A stretch of 64,000 nucleotides of DNA from Ignavibacteria bacterium (GCA_016191145.1 JACPPD010000007.1:91158-155157); one strand, 5' to 3'. Numbered from the stretch's first letter, positions 49,423-59,792 are shown. Notes: a model not told the origin generated them from the sequence alone. A program made the numbers and translations.

Positions 49423-49911
49423 TTATAACAACCGACGTGCACCGATATAGCGCAAACTCCAGTACCGATCCGACATCTGAGTAATTATTACTCCGCTTGT
49501 TGTCGAAGAATGGATAAATGCGTTATCGCCAATAAATATTCCAACATGCGATACGCCCTTGCCAGATGTATTGAAAAACACAAGATCGCCAGGGGCGAGT
49601 GCTGATGGCTGGACTGCTTTGCCCGACGAAAAGAGCTCAGACGAAGTTCTGGGCACCATTATCTGTGCTGTCGCAAAGCAATAAAAAACAAATCCCGAAC
49701 AATCGAAACAATCTGGTGTTTGGCCATTTAAGCAATAGGGCGATCCCTTTAGCTGGGCAGCAGTTTGTAGGACTTTGTCGGTCACGTCATTGCCTGTTTT
49801 CCGAATAGAAGTAGTGGAAGAACAAGCGGCAATAACACAACCAATTACAATGGAAACTGCAACTGCTTTTGCCAACTGAATATCACCTCTTAGCTGTTTG
49901 CGTATCATCAT
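49423..49911 (-). CDS. NlpC/P60 (C40) family peptidoglycan endopeptidase lipoprotein
   Basis: Lipobox VIAACSS, catalytic Cys context FDCSGFVFYC and a downstream His (SHVGIFIG). Confidence 0.75.
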   Translation of the reverse strand: MMIRKQLRGDIQLAKAVAVSIVIGCVIAACSSTTSIRKTGNDVTDKVLQTAAQLKGSPYCLNGQTPDCFDCSGFVFYCFATAQIMVPRTSSELFSSGKAVQPSALAPGDLVFFNTSGKGVSHVGIFIGDNAFIHSSTTSGVIITQMSDRYWSLRYIGARRLL

Positions 49912-50827
49912 TCTTTTGCTCTGGGTTCATGAGAGAAAGAATAATCGATGTGGCGAGAATAAATGCTATCGAGCACAGTGTCCACTCGATAGGAATTGGA
50001 AAATGGTCGTGAACGATCATCTTGACGCCGATCAACGATAGTATGACGCTCAGACCATATTTGAGGTAGTGGAATAAACCCATGACGCCGGCGATAACAA
50101 AGAACAGCGACCTGAGCCCCATAACAGCAAAAATATTTGATGTAAATACGACGAACGTGTCTTTTGTAATAGCAAAGATTGCTGGGATAGAATCTATTGC
50201 AAATACAAGATCGGTGATTTCAACAACAATCAGTACAACCATTAGCGGAGTGAAATATCGTAAGCCATCGATAACAACGATAAAATGATCCTGACGATAG
50301 TCCTTGGTAAGCCTGAGTTTTCTTTGAATAAATCTCACAATGCTATTGTCGCCAATATCCTCTTCGTCTTGCGTTACAAATGCCATACGGATACCGGTGA
50401 ATACAAGAAAGGCGCCGAACACGTAGAATACCCAGTGTATGTTAGCCAGCAGCATGGCGCCAAATGCGATGAGACTTCCACGCATGACGATTGCGCCAAG
50501 AATACCCCAGAACAACACTTTGTGATGGTACTGAGGCGCAACCTTGAAATACCTAAGGATGAGAATGATAACAAAGATGTTATCTACGGACAGTGATTGC
50601 TCTAAGAGATACCCGGCAAAAAATTCCTTACCAGCAACTGGCCCCCTGGTGTAATACACAAAGGCGTTAAATGCAAGCGCAAGCACAACCCAAAACGTTG
50701 TCCACCCAATCGCTTCGCTCAGCTTTGCTACGTGCGGTGTGCGGTTGAACACACCCAGGTCCATCGCCAGCAGGAGCGCTACGAGTGTGAGGAAACCTAT
50801 GTAAAGCCAGATATCGGGTATGGCCAT
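49883..50827 (-). CDS. TerC-family integral membrane protein
   Basis: Polytopic, with TerC signatures (DNIFVIILI, acidic residues in TM helices). An ATG start at 50827 (MAIPDIW...) is preferred over the track GTG at 50872 because the latter lies only 5 nt from polA. Confidence 0.75.
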   Translation of the reverse strand: MAIPDIWLYIGFLTLVALLLAMDLGVFNRTPHVAKLSEAIGWTTFWVVLALAFNAFVYYTRGPVAGKEFFAGYLLEQSLSVDNIFVIILILRYFKVAPQYHHKVLFWGILGAIVMRGSLIAFGAMLLANIHWVFYVFGAFLVFTGIRMAFVTQDEEDIGDNSIVRFIQRKLRLTKDYRQDHFIVVIDGLRYFTPLMVVLIVVEITDLVFAIDSIPAIFAITKDTFVVFTSNIFAVMGLRSLFFVIAGVMGLFHYLKYGLSVILSLIGVKMIVHDHFPIPIEWTLCSIAFILATSIILSLMNPEQKNDDTQTAKR

Positions 50828-50844
50828 AAGCGCTGCTGCAGAAG

Positions 50845-53715
50845 ATGCAAATGTACAATCCGGTATATTCACGGCTCATGGGACCGCTAATATTAGTCGA
50901 CGGGTTTTCACTCGTATTTCGAGCATATCATGCGCTTCGAAACAGCGGCATGGAATCTGCAAACGGCGAACCGACATTTGCAGTTTTTGCTTTTGCCAAT
51001 ATTCTAACGTCGTTGCTCGACAAGCATCACCCGGATGCAATTGCCGTGGTGTTCGACACGGCTACGCCCACGTTCCGTCACGAATTGTACGACCAGTACA
51101 AGGCTAACCGCGATGCCTTCCCGGAAGACCTTGTGCCGCAATTGGCTCGTATCAAGCAACTCATTTCCCTTATGGGGCTTGAGCAAGTTGAAATGCCGGG
51201 ATATGAGGCCGATGATATCATCGGCACCATTGCAGCCCGTGAATCGCAGGATGGACATGAGATTCTATGCCTAACGTCCGATAAAGACTACTTTCAACTT
51301 GTGACGGATAAGGTAAAAGTCCTCCGCCCGGGAAAGGACATAAACACGTATGAGACCTACGATCCCGACCTGGTAAAGGAGCGGTTTGGAGTGCCGCCCG
51401 GCAAGGTGATCGACGTCCTTGCCCTCATGGGAGATTCCGTCGATAATGTTCCAGGTGTGAAAGGAGTTGGAGAAAAGACGGCAAAACCCCTCGTAGAGCA
51501 GTTCGGATCCATCGAGAATATTTATGTAAACATAGATAATATTGAAAAGGTTTCGTTGCGAAAAAAACTGGAAGAGTCAAAAGACCTTGCATTCTTATCG
51601 AAGAAACTGGTGACAATTCATAGGGATGTTCCAATCAACGCAAAGCGTGTTATGCTCGAGCGAAAACCTATGGACTACGCAGCCATTGATGAACTGTGTG
51701 CCGAGCTTGGATTTACAACCCTTAGGAACAAATTCAGAAAGTATGCCGAATCTGCAGGCGTTGAGTTAGAAACCATTTTAAATGACTCGAAGGGGGCAGG
51801 TAGCGGAGAATCTGATGGATTGAGTGAGACGCAGATTTCACGTCAAGCCGATAAGCTAAAAACAATTAGCGATGTTAACCATACTTATGTTCTGGTTGAT
51901 ACACCCGGAGGGCTCGACGAGTTGGTAAACGAATTGAAGAATGTTAAGGAACTAAGTGTAGACCTCGAGACGACTGGATTAGATGCAATGCAATGCAGTA
52001 TTGTCGGCATCTCTCTATGTGCAAAGGAAGGCCACGCGTTTTACATTGATGTCGACGATCCCATAGAAACACCCACTGGCGCTTTGTTTACATCGGGAAG
52101 TGAGCGCCATGGTCTCGATGTGCAGCTTGTGATTGAATCTCTCAAGCCACTGCTGCACAATCAAAGCATTAGCAAGATTGGACAGAACCTGAAGTTCGAT
52201 GCCCTGATTCTTAAGCGTTACGGCATAGATGTGCAGCCCATAGCGTTCGACACTATGCTTGCAAGTTTTATCCTTGATCCAGACAGGCATCATAGCCTCG
52301 ATGCTCTTGCCGAGCGCTGGCTGAGTTACAAGACCGTTCCCATCACTGATTTGATTGGAGAAAAACGTGGGCAGCAAAAATCAATGAAGGATGTAGATCT
52401 GCAATTGATCACTGAATATGCCGGCGAAGATTCTGATGTTGCATTGAAATTGAAGCACATGATGTACGCAGTGCTAAAAAGGGAAAAGCTCCTTGAACTT
52501 GCAGAAACCGTTGAGTTTCCATTGGAACGTGTTCTTGTGACGATGGAATTCAATGGCGTGAGAATTGACTCCAATGCGCTTGGAGACCTTGCAGATTTTA
52601 TGAGAAAGGAGGCAGCTCGGCTCGAAAAGGAAGTGTGGAAGGAAGCCGGCGAAGAGTTCACCATTGGATCGCCAAAACAGCTTGCCGAAGTGTTGTTCGA
52701 AAAAATGATGCTACCCGCTGGCAGAAAAACCAAGACCGGTTATTCGACGGATTCGGGTGTTCTTTCCGAACTGGCAGAATCGTTCCCGATTGCACAAATG
52801 GTGCTGGATTACAGACAGGTTGAAAAGCTTCGATCGACCTACGTAGAAGCCTTGCCTCGGCTCATCAATCCACGCACAGGACGCGTTCACACAACCTACA
52901 ACCAGACTGTTGCTGCTACAGGTCGGTTGTCATCGACAGATCCAAATCTTCAAAATATTCCTATCCGAACAGAGCTTGGGCAACGGATACGAAAGGCATT
53001 CGTAGCGCAGGCAAGTGATGCCGTAATAATGTCTGCCGACTACTCTCAAATTGAACTGAGAATTATGGCTGGAATATCTCAGGATGAAAATCTTATCGCT
53101 GCGTTTAATGATGGCGCAGACATCCACAAGTCGACTGCTGCGATTTTGTTTGGTGTTTCCACGGACAAGGTAACAAGCGAACAACGCCGTATTGCCAAGA
53201 CTACTAACTTCGGAATCATGTATGGTCAGGGCGCCTTTGGATTATCTCAGCAACTTGGAATTTCACGATCCGAAGGACAACAAATAATTGCGAATTACTT
53301 TGAAAAATATCCCGGCATCAAGCGCTACATGGACGAGACTGTACGGCTGACGCGAGAGCGCGGTTTTGCAACAACACTGCTCGGACGTCGCCGATATTTT
53401 CCACAAATCAGCAGCAGCAATCGTCAGCTTCAGGCGGCCGCCGAACGCGCTGCCGTGAACACTCCCATTCAGGGTACTGCTGCCGACATGATGAAAAAGG
53501 CGATGATCAGCATTCATACACGTATGGAAAAGGAAGGGTTTAATTCGTTAATGATGCTTCAGGTGCATGATGAACTTGTATTCGAGGCAAAGAAATCGGA
53601 AGTGAAGGAATTGCAAAAGTTAGTTACAGATGAAATGGAGCATGCGCTACCTCTTAAAGGCGTACCGATTGTGGTAGAAACGGGAGTTGGCGAGTCGTGG
53701 TACGAAGCTCATTGA
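50845..53715 (+). CDS. polA: DNA polymerase I
   Basis: 5'-3' exonuclease N-terminus (PLILVDGFSLVFRAYHAL), a 3'-5' exonuclease-like middle, and polymerase motifs A (DYSQIELRIMA), B (RRIAKTTNFGIMYG) and C (LQVHDELVFE). A start at 50878 is also possible. Confidence 0.9.
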   Translation: MQMYNPVYSRLMGPLILVDGFSLVFRAYHALRNSGMESANGEPTFAVFAFANILTSLLDKHHPDAIAVVFDTATPTFRHELYDQYKANRDAFPEDLVPQLARIKQLISLMGLEQVEMPGYEADDIIGTIAARESQDGHEILCLTSDKDYFQLVTDKVKVLRPGKDINTYETYDPDLVKERFGVPPGKVIDVLALMGDSVDNVPGVKGVGEKTAKPLVEQFGSIENIYVNIDNIEKVSLRKKLEESKDLAFLSKKLVTIHRDVPINAKRVMLERKPMDYAAIDELCAELGFTTLRNKFRKYAESAGVELETILNDSKGAGSGESDGLSETQISRQADKLKTISDVNHTYVLVDTPGGLDELVNELKNVKELSVDLETTGLDAMQCSIVGISLCAKEGHAFYIDVDDPIETPTGALFTSGSERHGLDVQLVIESLKPLLHNQSISKIGQNLKFDALILKRYGIDVQPIAFDTMLASFILDPDRHHSLDALAERWLSYKTVPITDLIGEKRGQQKSMKDVDLQLITEYAGEDSDVALKLKHMMYAVLKREKLLELAETVEFPLERVLVTMEFNGVRIDSNALGDLADFMRKEAARLEKEVWKEAGEEFTIGSPKQLAEVLFEKMMLPAGRKTKTGYSTDSGVLSELAESFPIAQMVLDYRQVEKLRSTYVEALPRLINPRTGRVHTTYNQTVAATGRLSSTDPNLQNIPIRTELGQRIRKAFVAQASDAVIMSADYSQIELRIMAGISQDENLIAAFNDGADIHKSTAAILFGVSTDKVTSEQRRIAKTTNFGIMYGQGAFGLSQQLGISRSEGQQIIANYFEKYPGIKRYMDETVRLTRERGFATTLLGRRRYFPQISSSNRQLQAAAERAAVNTPIQGTAADMMKKAMISIHTRMEKEGFNSLMMLQVHDELVFEAKKSEVKELQKLVTDEMEHALPLKGVPIVVETGVGESWYEAH

Positions 53716-53730
53716 GCTAATTTTGTGTAA

Positions 53731-55218
53731 ATGTCGTTTTTAGTTGCCCTTTTGCTCGGAGTCATCCAGGGTCTTACAGAATTTATTCCGATATCAAGTA
53801 CTGCACATCTTACGATTGCAGGAAGTCTTCTTGGGACGATCGACCCAAATAATCCTGAATCGTGGACTGCATTTATTGCTACCATTCAACTAGGTACGTT
53901 AGTTGCCGTAACTGTTTTTTTTCGACGAGATATCATTTCGATGTCGAAACACTTTTTCGTTGAAAATTTTGGCTCAGGCAGATTGCCTGTCAAGGACCAG
54001 AGTCGCGATTCGCGCATGACTTGGTTTGTTATTGCCGGCACTGTTCCGGTAGTTGCAGTAGGCCTTGCCTTCAAGGATTTAATTGAAGGATCGCTCACTA
54101 AGGATTTACACATCATTGCGTCGAGTCTGATTGTTGTTGCCATTCTTCTTTGGATAGCCGAGCGTAAGGCAACGTTTACGAGGACGTCAGCTCAATTGAA
54201 TTTTCTTGATGCAATGATTATCGGATTTGCACAAGTGCTAGCTCTCATTCCGGGCTCGTCGAGAAGCGGAACAACCATTATGGCTGGACTTTTCAGGGGG
54301 CTTACACGCGAACATGCAGCCAGGTTTTCGTTTTTATTGTCCATACCCGCAATTTTGGGTTCAGGCATTCTTGAGTTTGCGGGGGAAGTTTCACATTTGA
54401 ATTGGGAAGAGTCGGGAGCTGCATTGTTAATTGCAACACTTGCATCGATGATAAGCGGTTATTGGTCGATAGCATTTCTGCTGCGTTACCTGCGAACGCG
54501 AAACATGAACGCTTTCATTATTTATCGAATTGCGCTTGGCGCCGCGCTGTTACTTACGGCTTGCTCTTCCGATACAGGGCAGCGCGAGGGAACAGACATT
54601 GCACGAGAGATGAGTCCGCCATATGCTACGGTTGATTCAGCAGCAAATAATTTTGCGCAAACGCCGGCGGATACTTCCGTGATAACGGATGTGGTTGATC
54701 TTCGCACTTCTGCAGGTACCATAACGCTTGGATTGTACGGCAAGGATGCCCCGCTTACTGTGAAAAATTTTCTCGGACTGGTAAGAAAGAAATTTTACGA
54801 TGGAATTCTGTTCCACCGCGTTGCAAAGAATTTTGTGATACAGGTTGGCGATCCTAAAACTCGCGATGCAAATGCCAGAGCCGAGTGGGGCACAGGCGGT
54901 GAGACTGCAGATGGGAAGCCCCTTCCCGAAGAACTCGATGCATCGGCGCCATCGGCAAAAGCGGGGTATCAATTTGGAGTTGTGGCTATGGCAAGAACCG
55001 CGGAACCGAATTCTGGTACGAGTCAGTTTTTTATTTGTCTTGAAAAAGCTGCAGCATTGCCGCACCAATACACGATATTCGGCCGTGTGATTGATGGTTT
55101 AAAAGTTGTTTCTCAAATTGGTAATGTCGAGTTTGAGAAAACGACTCCCGACGCAATAGAGGGGATTCCAAGGAAAGCTGTGGTAATTAAAAGCATTCGC
55201 CTACGAAAACTTAACTGA
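53731..55218 (+). CDS. uppP: undecaprenyl-diphosphate phosphatase (UppP/BacA) fused in-frame to a cyclophilin-type peptidyl-prolyl isomerase
   Basis: Residues 1-~280 are a BacA-type polytopic protein (FIPISSTAHL...PGSSRSGTT...FIIYRIALGAALLL). They continue without a stop through a lipobox-like LLTAC and linker into a cyclophilin domain (FHRVAKNFVIQVGDP...SQFFICL). Confidence 0.7.
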   Translation: MSFLVALLLGVIQGLTEFIPISSTAHLTIAGSLLGTIDPNNPESWTAFIATIQLGTLVAVTVFFRRDIISMSKHFFVENFGSGRLPVKDQSRDSRMTWFVIAGTVPVVAVGLAFKDLIEGSLTKDLHIIASSLIVVAILLWIAERKATFTRTSAQLNFLDAMIIGFAQVLALIPGSSRSGTTIMAGLFRGLTREHAARFSFLLSIPAILGSGILEFAGEVSHLNWEESGAALLIATLASMISGYWSIAFLLRYLRTRNMNAFIIYRIALGAALLLTACSSDTGQREGTDIAREMSPPYATVDSAANNFAQTPADTSVITDVVDLRTSAGTITLGLYGKDAPLTVKNFLGLVRKKFYDGILFHRVAKNFVIQVGDPKTRDANARAEWGTGGETADGKPLPEELDASAPSAKAGYQFGVVAMARTAEPNSGTSQFFICLEKAAALPHQYTIFGRVIDGLKVVSQIGNVEFEKTTPDAIEGIPRKAVVIKSIRLRKLN

Positions 55219-55245
55219 TTACATTATTTACAAAGGCACGATAAC

Positions 55246-55794
55246 ATGATTGGAACACTTTTTTCAACGCTTGTCCTAATTGGAGCATTAATGTCGGACA
55301 CACAACCTCAGTACATCATATCGGTCCGACAGGGCAACCACGATATGGGAAAAATTCGAATTCAACTTTGGCCATCAGTTGCACCCAAGCACTGTGCCTT
55401 CTTTGAAGCCCGTGTTTCGGAGGGATGGTATAACGGCTCGGCATTTCACCGCATTGTTCCCGGATTTGTAATTCAGGGTGGAGATCCAAATTCGAAGAAT
55501 CAGCCTAAGGAAACGTGGGGTCAGGGTGGCTGGCCGGAAAAGGTACCAGCAGAATTCAACGAAAAGCACCATGTAAAGGGTGTATTGTCAGCAGCCCGGA
55601 CTAACGATCCAAATAGTTTCGGCGGACAGTTCTTTATTTGCCTGGGCGACGTCAGCCATCTGAATGGGAAGTACACTGCATTTGGAGAAGTTGTGTCGGG
55701 CATGGAAGTCGTTGATGCAATAGCGGCAGTTCCAGTGGATGCCGACACGCGCCCGTTGGAAAAAATCGAAATGACGATTGAGAAGGTTAAGTAA
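55246..55794 (+). CDS. peptidyl-prolyl cis-trans isomerase, cyclophilin type (probably periplasmic)
   Basis: N-terminal signal-like segment MIGTLFSTLVLIGALMS, then a cyclophilin core (FHRIVPGFVIQGGDP...GGQFFICLGD). Confidence 0.85.
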   Translation: MIGTLFSTLVLIGALMSDTQPQYIISVRQGNHDMGKIRIQLWPSVAPKHCAFFEARVSEGWYNGSAFHRIVPGFVIQGGDPNSKNQPKETWGQGGWPEKVPAEFNEKHHVKGVLSAARTNDPNSFGGQFFICLGDVSHLNGKYTAFGEVVSGMEVVDAIAAVPVDADTRPLEKIEMTIEKVK

Positions 55795-55813
55795 TGGAAC
55801 TGATAACCACGCT

Positions 55814-57379
55814 ATGATAACTAAATTTAGTTATGTGTTCTTCGCTGTTATCGTAATAGCGTTAGGTATCGGTTTGAATGCAGCATCGGCTCAAGAAGCC
55901 GATACGCAGCAGGTTGACTCCATGTACCTGCCGGTTAATCTGGGACCGTCGGTGAATGGACCGTACGATGATATTCTGCCGGTGATTTCACCGGACGGGC
56001 AGACGCTGTATTTCTGCAGAAGTCAGGCGCCGGAAAACATCGGTGGGGGCAGACAGGATATTTGGGTAAGCGAGCTGCTGCCAGATGGTTCGTGGAGTGT
56101 GGCGCGAAACATTGGTGTACCGCTGAATAATCGCGACAACAACTACATGTGTTCGATTACTCCGGATGGGAACACGGCTGTTGTTGCCGATGCGTATAGC
56201 GACCCCAAAAACACTCAGCGAAGTGTTGCAATGTCGTTTCGCACAAAGGGAGGATGGTCTATCCCTCGCCCCCTAACCATTAAAAATTATTACAATAAGA
56301 ATCGCTTCCATGAATTCTCATTGGCCAACGACGGGAAAACGCTGCTGATGGCAATTGAACGAAACGATTCAAAGGGTGGTAAGGACCTGTATGTATCGTT
56401 CAGACAGCCAGACAGCACCTGGAGCGAGCCGCAGAACTTAGGCAACGTTGTTAATACCATTGGACACGAAGCAACTCCATTTATCGCGTCTGATAATTCC
56501 TCGTTATACTTTTCATCAGACGGGCATCGCGGCTATGGAGGCTTTGATGTATTTGTAACCAGAAGGCTCGATTCAACGTGGACTGTGTGGAGCCAGCCCG
56601 AAAATCTTGGTCCGCTCATCAACACTGCCCGCTGGGACATCTACTACACCATTCCAGCGTCTGGTGATTACGCCTATTATGTTTCTTTCTCAAATAGCTT
56701 TGGGTTGGGTGATATTTTTAAGATCAAACTTCCCGAAACTGCACGTCCGCGTCCTGTTGTACTTGTTAAGGGGCGAGTACTGAACAAGAAGACGTTAGAA
56801 CCAATCGAAGCAGACATTGCCTACGAGGAATTACCATCGGGTAAGGAATTGGGGATTGCACGTTCCACTCCGGAAACTGGCGCCTATAAAATTGTGCTCC
56901 CAGCCGGTATGAAATATGGCTTCCGGGCATCTGCGCCTGGATTCATTTCCGTAAACGAAAATCTAGATCTCTCACAGATTGCGGAATACACGGAAATCAC
57001 TCGAGACTTATACCTTGTTCCAATAGAAGAGGGAAGCGTAGCACGCATCAACAATATCTTTTTTGATTATGATAAGTGGAATTTGCGTCCGGAGTCTTTT
57101 CCCGAATTGGATCGGGTTGCACAGATGCTCGCGGCAAACCCAACGATGATTGTAGAACTCGCCGGCCACACCGATAGTGTTGCATCAGACCAGTACAATC
57201 TGCGATTGTCGGACAAGCGTGCGAATTCCGTTGTTCAGTATCTATTTACGACCCATAAAATCAGCCTTAATCGAATCAAGCCTAAGGGTTATGGCGAAAG
57301 TCGGCCTGTTGCCAGTAATGCCACACCGGAGGGGCGTCAGGAGAATCGTCGCGTCGAAATGGTGATTCTTAAGAAGTAG
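55814..57379 (+). CDS. OmpA-family protein with TolB-like (PD40/WD40-like) beta-propeller and OmpA C-terminal peptidoglycan-binding domain
   Basis: Signal peptide MITKFSYVFFAVIVIALGIGLNAASAQ. PD40-like repeats (PDGQTLYFC, PDGNTAVV, NDGKTLLM, SDNSSLYFSS). C-terminal OmpA domain (NIFFDYDKWNLRP...LAGHTDSVASDQYNLRLSDKRANSVVQYL...RRVEMVI). Confidence 0.8.
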   Translation: MITKFSYVFFAVIVIALGIGLNAASAQEADTQQVDSMYLPVNLGPSVNGPYDDILPVISPDGQTLYFCRSQAPENIGGGRQDIWVSELLPDGSWSVARNIGVPLNNRDNNYMCSITPDGNTAVVADAYSDPKNTQRSVAMSFRTKGGWSIPRPLTIKNYYNKNRFHEFSLANDGKTLLMAIERNDSKGGKDLYVSFRQPDSTWSEPQNLGNVVNTIGHEATPFIASDNSSLYFSSDGHRGYGGFDVFVTRRLDSTWTVWSQPENLGPLINTARWDIYYTIPASGDYAYYVSFSNSFGLGDIFKIKLPETARPRPVVLVKGRVLNKKTLEPIEADIAYEELPSGKELGIARSTPETGAYKIVLPAGMKYGFRASAPGFISVNENLDLSQIAEYTEITRDLYLVPIEEGSVARINNIFFDYDKWNLRPESFPELDRVAQMLAANPTMIVELAGHTDSVASDQYNLRLSDKRANSVVQYLFTTHKISLNRIKPKGYGESRPVASNATPEGRQENRRVEMVILKK

Positions 57380-57404
57380 GCACCAAACACTAAATTCGTG
57401 CGAT

Positions 57405-59333
57405 ATGATTAACATTACCCTGCCCAATGGCGACGTGAGACAGTATCCTGAAGGCACTACCGGCACAGACATTGCCAAGAGTATCGCCGAAGGTCTTGCG
57501 CGGAATGCATTGGGCATTTTCGTTAACAATGTACCATACGATTTGTCGCGTCCGATAACATCCGACGCAAAGATAAAAATAGTTACATTCGATGACGACG
57601 AGGGCAAGGCAATTTTCTGGCATTCATCTGCCCACCTGATGGCAGAGGCATTGGAAGATCTGTATCCCGGTGTAAAATTTGGAATCGGTCCGCCTATTGA
57701 GCGCGGGTTTTATTACGACGTAGACCTTCCTGGCGATATGAAACTCTCAATCGACGACTTACCGGCGATTGAGTCTAAGATGTCGGAACTCGTAAAGCGA
57801 GATGTACCATATCAGCGGATCGAAATCGAGTGGGAAGACGCAGTAGCATACTTCAGGGAAAAAGGCGACGAGTATAAGCTCGAACTGCTTGATGGATTGA
57901 AGGATCAGGAGGTAACCTTTTACACTCAGGGAAACTTCACGGATCTGTGCCGTGGCACGCACGTGCCTTCCACGGGAATGCTCAGATTCCCCAAGCTCCT
58001 GTCCGTTGCAGGCGCATATTGGCGGGCCGACGACACGCGCAAGATGCTCACTCGCATCTACGGCATTTCGTTTCCAAAAAAACAAATGCTTGAGGACTTT
58101 CTTAAACAACGTGAGGAAGCAGAACGGCGCGACCACCGGAAGCTTGGTCGAGAATTAGAAATCTATCTCATAACACCCTTGATTGGAGGGGGCTTGCCAG
58201 TGTGGCTCCCCAACGGAACTATATTACGTCGAACACTAGAGGCCTTCCTACGCAGTGAACAGCTTAAACGTGGCTATCAGGAAGTGATTACACCTCACAT
58301 TGGAAATTTGGAACTTTATAAGACCTCTGGTCATTACCCATACTATGCCGATTCGCAGTTCGACCCGATAACAGTCGAAGACGAACAGTATTTGCTGAAG
58401 CCGATGAACTGTCCGCACCACCATCAGATTTATGCATCGAAACCCAAATCATATCGGGATTTACCATATCGAATTGCAGAGTTTGGCACTGTGTACCGGT
58501 ACGAGCAAAGCGGTGAATTGAATGGCCTGAGTCGGGTGCGCGGTTTCACACAGGATGATGCGCACATCTACTGCACACAAGATCAGCTTAAGGACGAGAT
58601 CAAGAATGTTGTGGAGCTCACGCAGCTTGTTTTTGGGACGTTTGGAATGGAGGTTACTACACGACTTTCGTTTCGCGACGATAATGCAGAGAAGTACGGC
58701 GGCGACTTACGGTTCTGGGAGCGCTCTCAAAACGAAATCAAGGAAGCTGCCGACGAGATGGGGCTTGAATATTTCATTGGCATTGGCGAAGCGGCTTTCT
58801 ACGGTCCTAAAATCGATTTCATTGTTCGCGATGCAATTGGCAGAAAGTGGCAACTGGGAACAGTGCAGGTGGATTACGTGATGCCGGAGCGATTTCAGCT
58901 GGAATATGTTGGAGCCGACAACGCCAAGCACCGTCCCGTTATCATCCACCGTGCTCCATTCGGCTCTATGGAACGATTCATCAGCATTTTGATAGAACAT
59001 TATGCAGGCAACTTTCCCTTTTGGCTGGCTCCCGTGCAGGTAAGCATCCTACCTATTGCCGAGGCGCATCATTCGTTTGCAATGGATTTGCTAGCCGAAT
59101 TTGAGCGCATGGGCTTGCGAATACACTGCGATGTGCGAAAAGAAAAGATCAACAGAAAGATTGCCGAAAGCGAGCAAAAGAAAGTGCCCTATGCTCTTAT
59201 CATCGGTTCTAAAGAAATTGATAATGACTCAGTTGCTGTTCGCATTCATGGAGAAGGAGACAAGGGTCTGATGAAAGTAAATGATATTAAGGAATTGTTT
59301 ATTAGGTTAAATAGTGCGACGAGATTTGGTTGA
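57405..59333 (+). CDS. thrS: threonine--tRNA ligase
   Basis: 642 aa with a TGS N-domain, class II core motifs (FRDDNAEKYGG..., GTVQVDYVMPERF) and a C-terminal anticodon-binding domain. Confidence 0.95.
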   Translation: MINITLPNGDVRQYPEGTTGTDIAKSIAEGLARNALGIFVNNVPYDLSRPITSDAKIKIVTFDDDEGKAIFWHSSAHLMAEALEDLYPGVKFGIGPPIERGFYYDVDLPGDMKLSIDDLPAIESKMSELVKRDVPYQRIEIEWEDAVAYFREKGDEYKLELLDGLKDQEVTFYTQGNFTDLCRGTHVPSTGMLRFPKLLSVAGAYWRADDTRKMLTRIYGISFPKKQMLEDFLKQREEAERRDHRKLGRELEIYLITPLIGGGLPVWLPNGTILRRTLEAFLRSEQLKRGYQEVITPHIGNLELYKTSGHYPYYADSQFDPITVEDEQYLLKPMNCPHHHQIYASKPKSYRDLPYRIAEFGTVYRYEQSGELNGLSRVRGFTQDDAHIYCTQDQLKDEIKNVVELTQLVFGTFGMEVTTRLSFRDDNAEKYGGDLRFWERSQNEIKEAADEMGLEYFIGIGEAAFYGPKIDFIVRDAIGRKWQLGTVQVDYVMPERFQLEYVGADNAKHRPVIIHRAPFGSMERFISILIEHYAGNFPFWLAPVQVSILPIAEAHHSFAMDLLAEFERMGLRIHCDVRKEKINRKIAESEQKKVPYALIIGSKEIDNDSVAVRIHGEGDKGLMKVNDIKELFIRLNSATRFG

Positions 59334-59334
59334 A

Positions 59335-59556
59335 TTAACTGCTCCTATGTGTATAATTTGTCGGTTTGGATATAGGAGCACCGGTTTCGTTGTAGAATTC
59401 TGCTAATGTTTCAATTAAGTCAAGACCCATTTTAGTGGCTTCCTCATAGGTGGCTCCATGAGTCTTTGCATTCCGAAATTCAGGAATCGTAACAATGAAT
59501 GCGTCGTCGTCATCTGACCATTCAACGATCATGGTGTAGTGAATGTTGTCTTTCAT
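59335..59556 (-). CDS. hicB: type II antitoxin, HicB family
   Basis: 73 aa. IVEWSDDDDAFIVTIPEFRNAKTHGATYEEATKMGLDLIETLAEFY matches the HicB/UPF0150 pattern (IPELPGC.S.G.T.EEAL.N..EAI). Confidence 0.6.
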   Translation of the reverse strand: MKDNIHYTMIVEWSDDDDAFIVTIPEFRNAKTHGATYEEATKMGLDLIETLAEFYNETGAPISKPTNYTHRSS

Positions 59557-59750
59557 GATTTGATAGATTTGATAGCGTCATCAACAATTTTGATAATATA
59601 CAGTTTTGCATCCGATCCATCACTTCCCGAGAGTACGATGAGTACTTTACTTTTAGCATGGTACCAATTTTCGTGACGTCCCTTTCCTTGCGATCGAATG
59701 AAACCACAGCGCTGTAATTTTGAGCGCAATTCACGCATCTTAAGAGGCAT
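59553..59750 (-). CDS. hicA: type II toxin, HicA (YcfA-like) family
   Basis: 65 aa from the internal Met MPLKMRELRSKLQRCGFIRSQGKGRHENWYH..., matching the HicA pattern (L...GF.....GSH..Y.H). Overlaps hicB by 4 bp. The longer track ORF running to 59912 is rejected. Confidence 0.5.
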   Translation of the reverse strand: MPLKMRELRSKLQRCGFIRSQGKGRHENWYHAKSKVLIVLSGSDGSDAKLYIIKIVDDAIKSIKS

Positions 59751-59792
59751 GCTCTTAAGTGGACGTACTCCAATATCTTGTGACAGGTTGTT

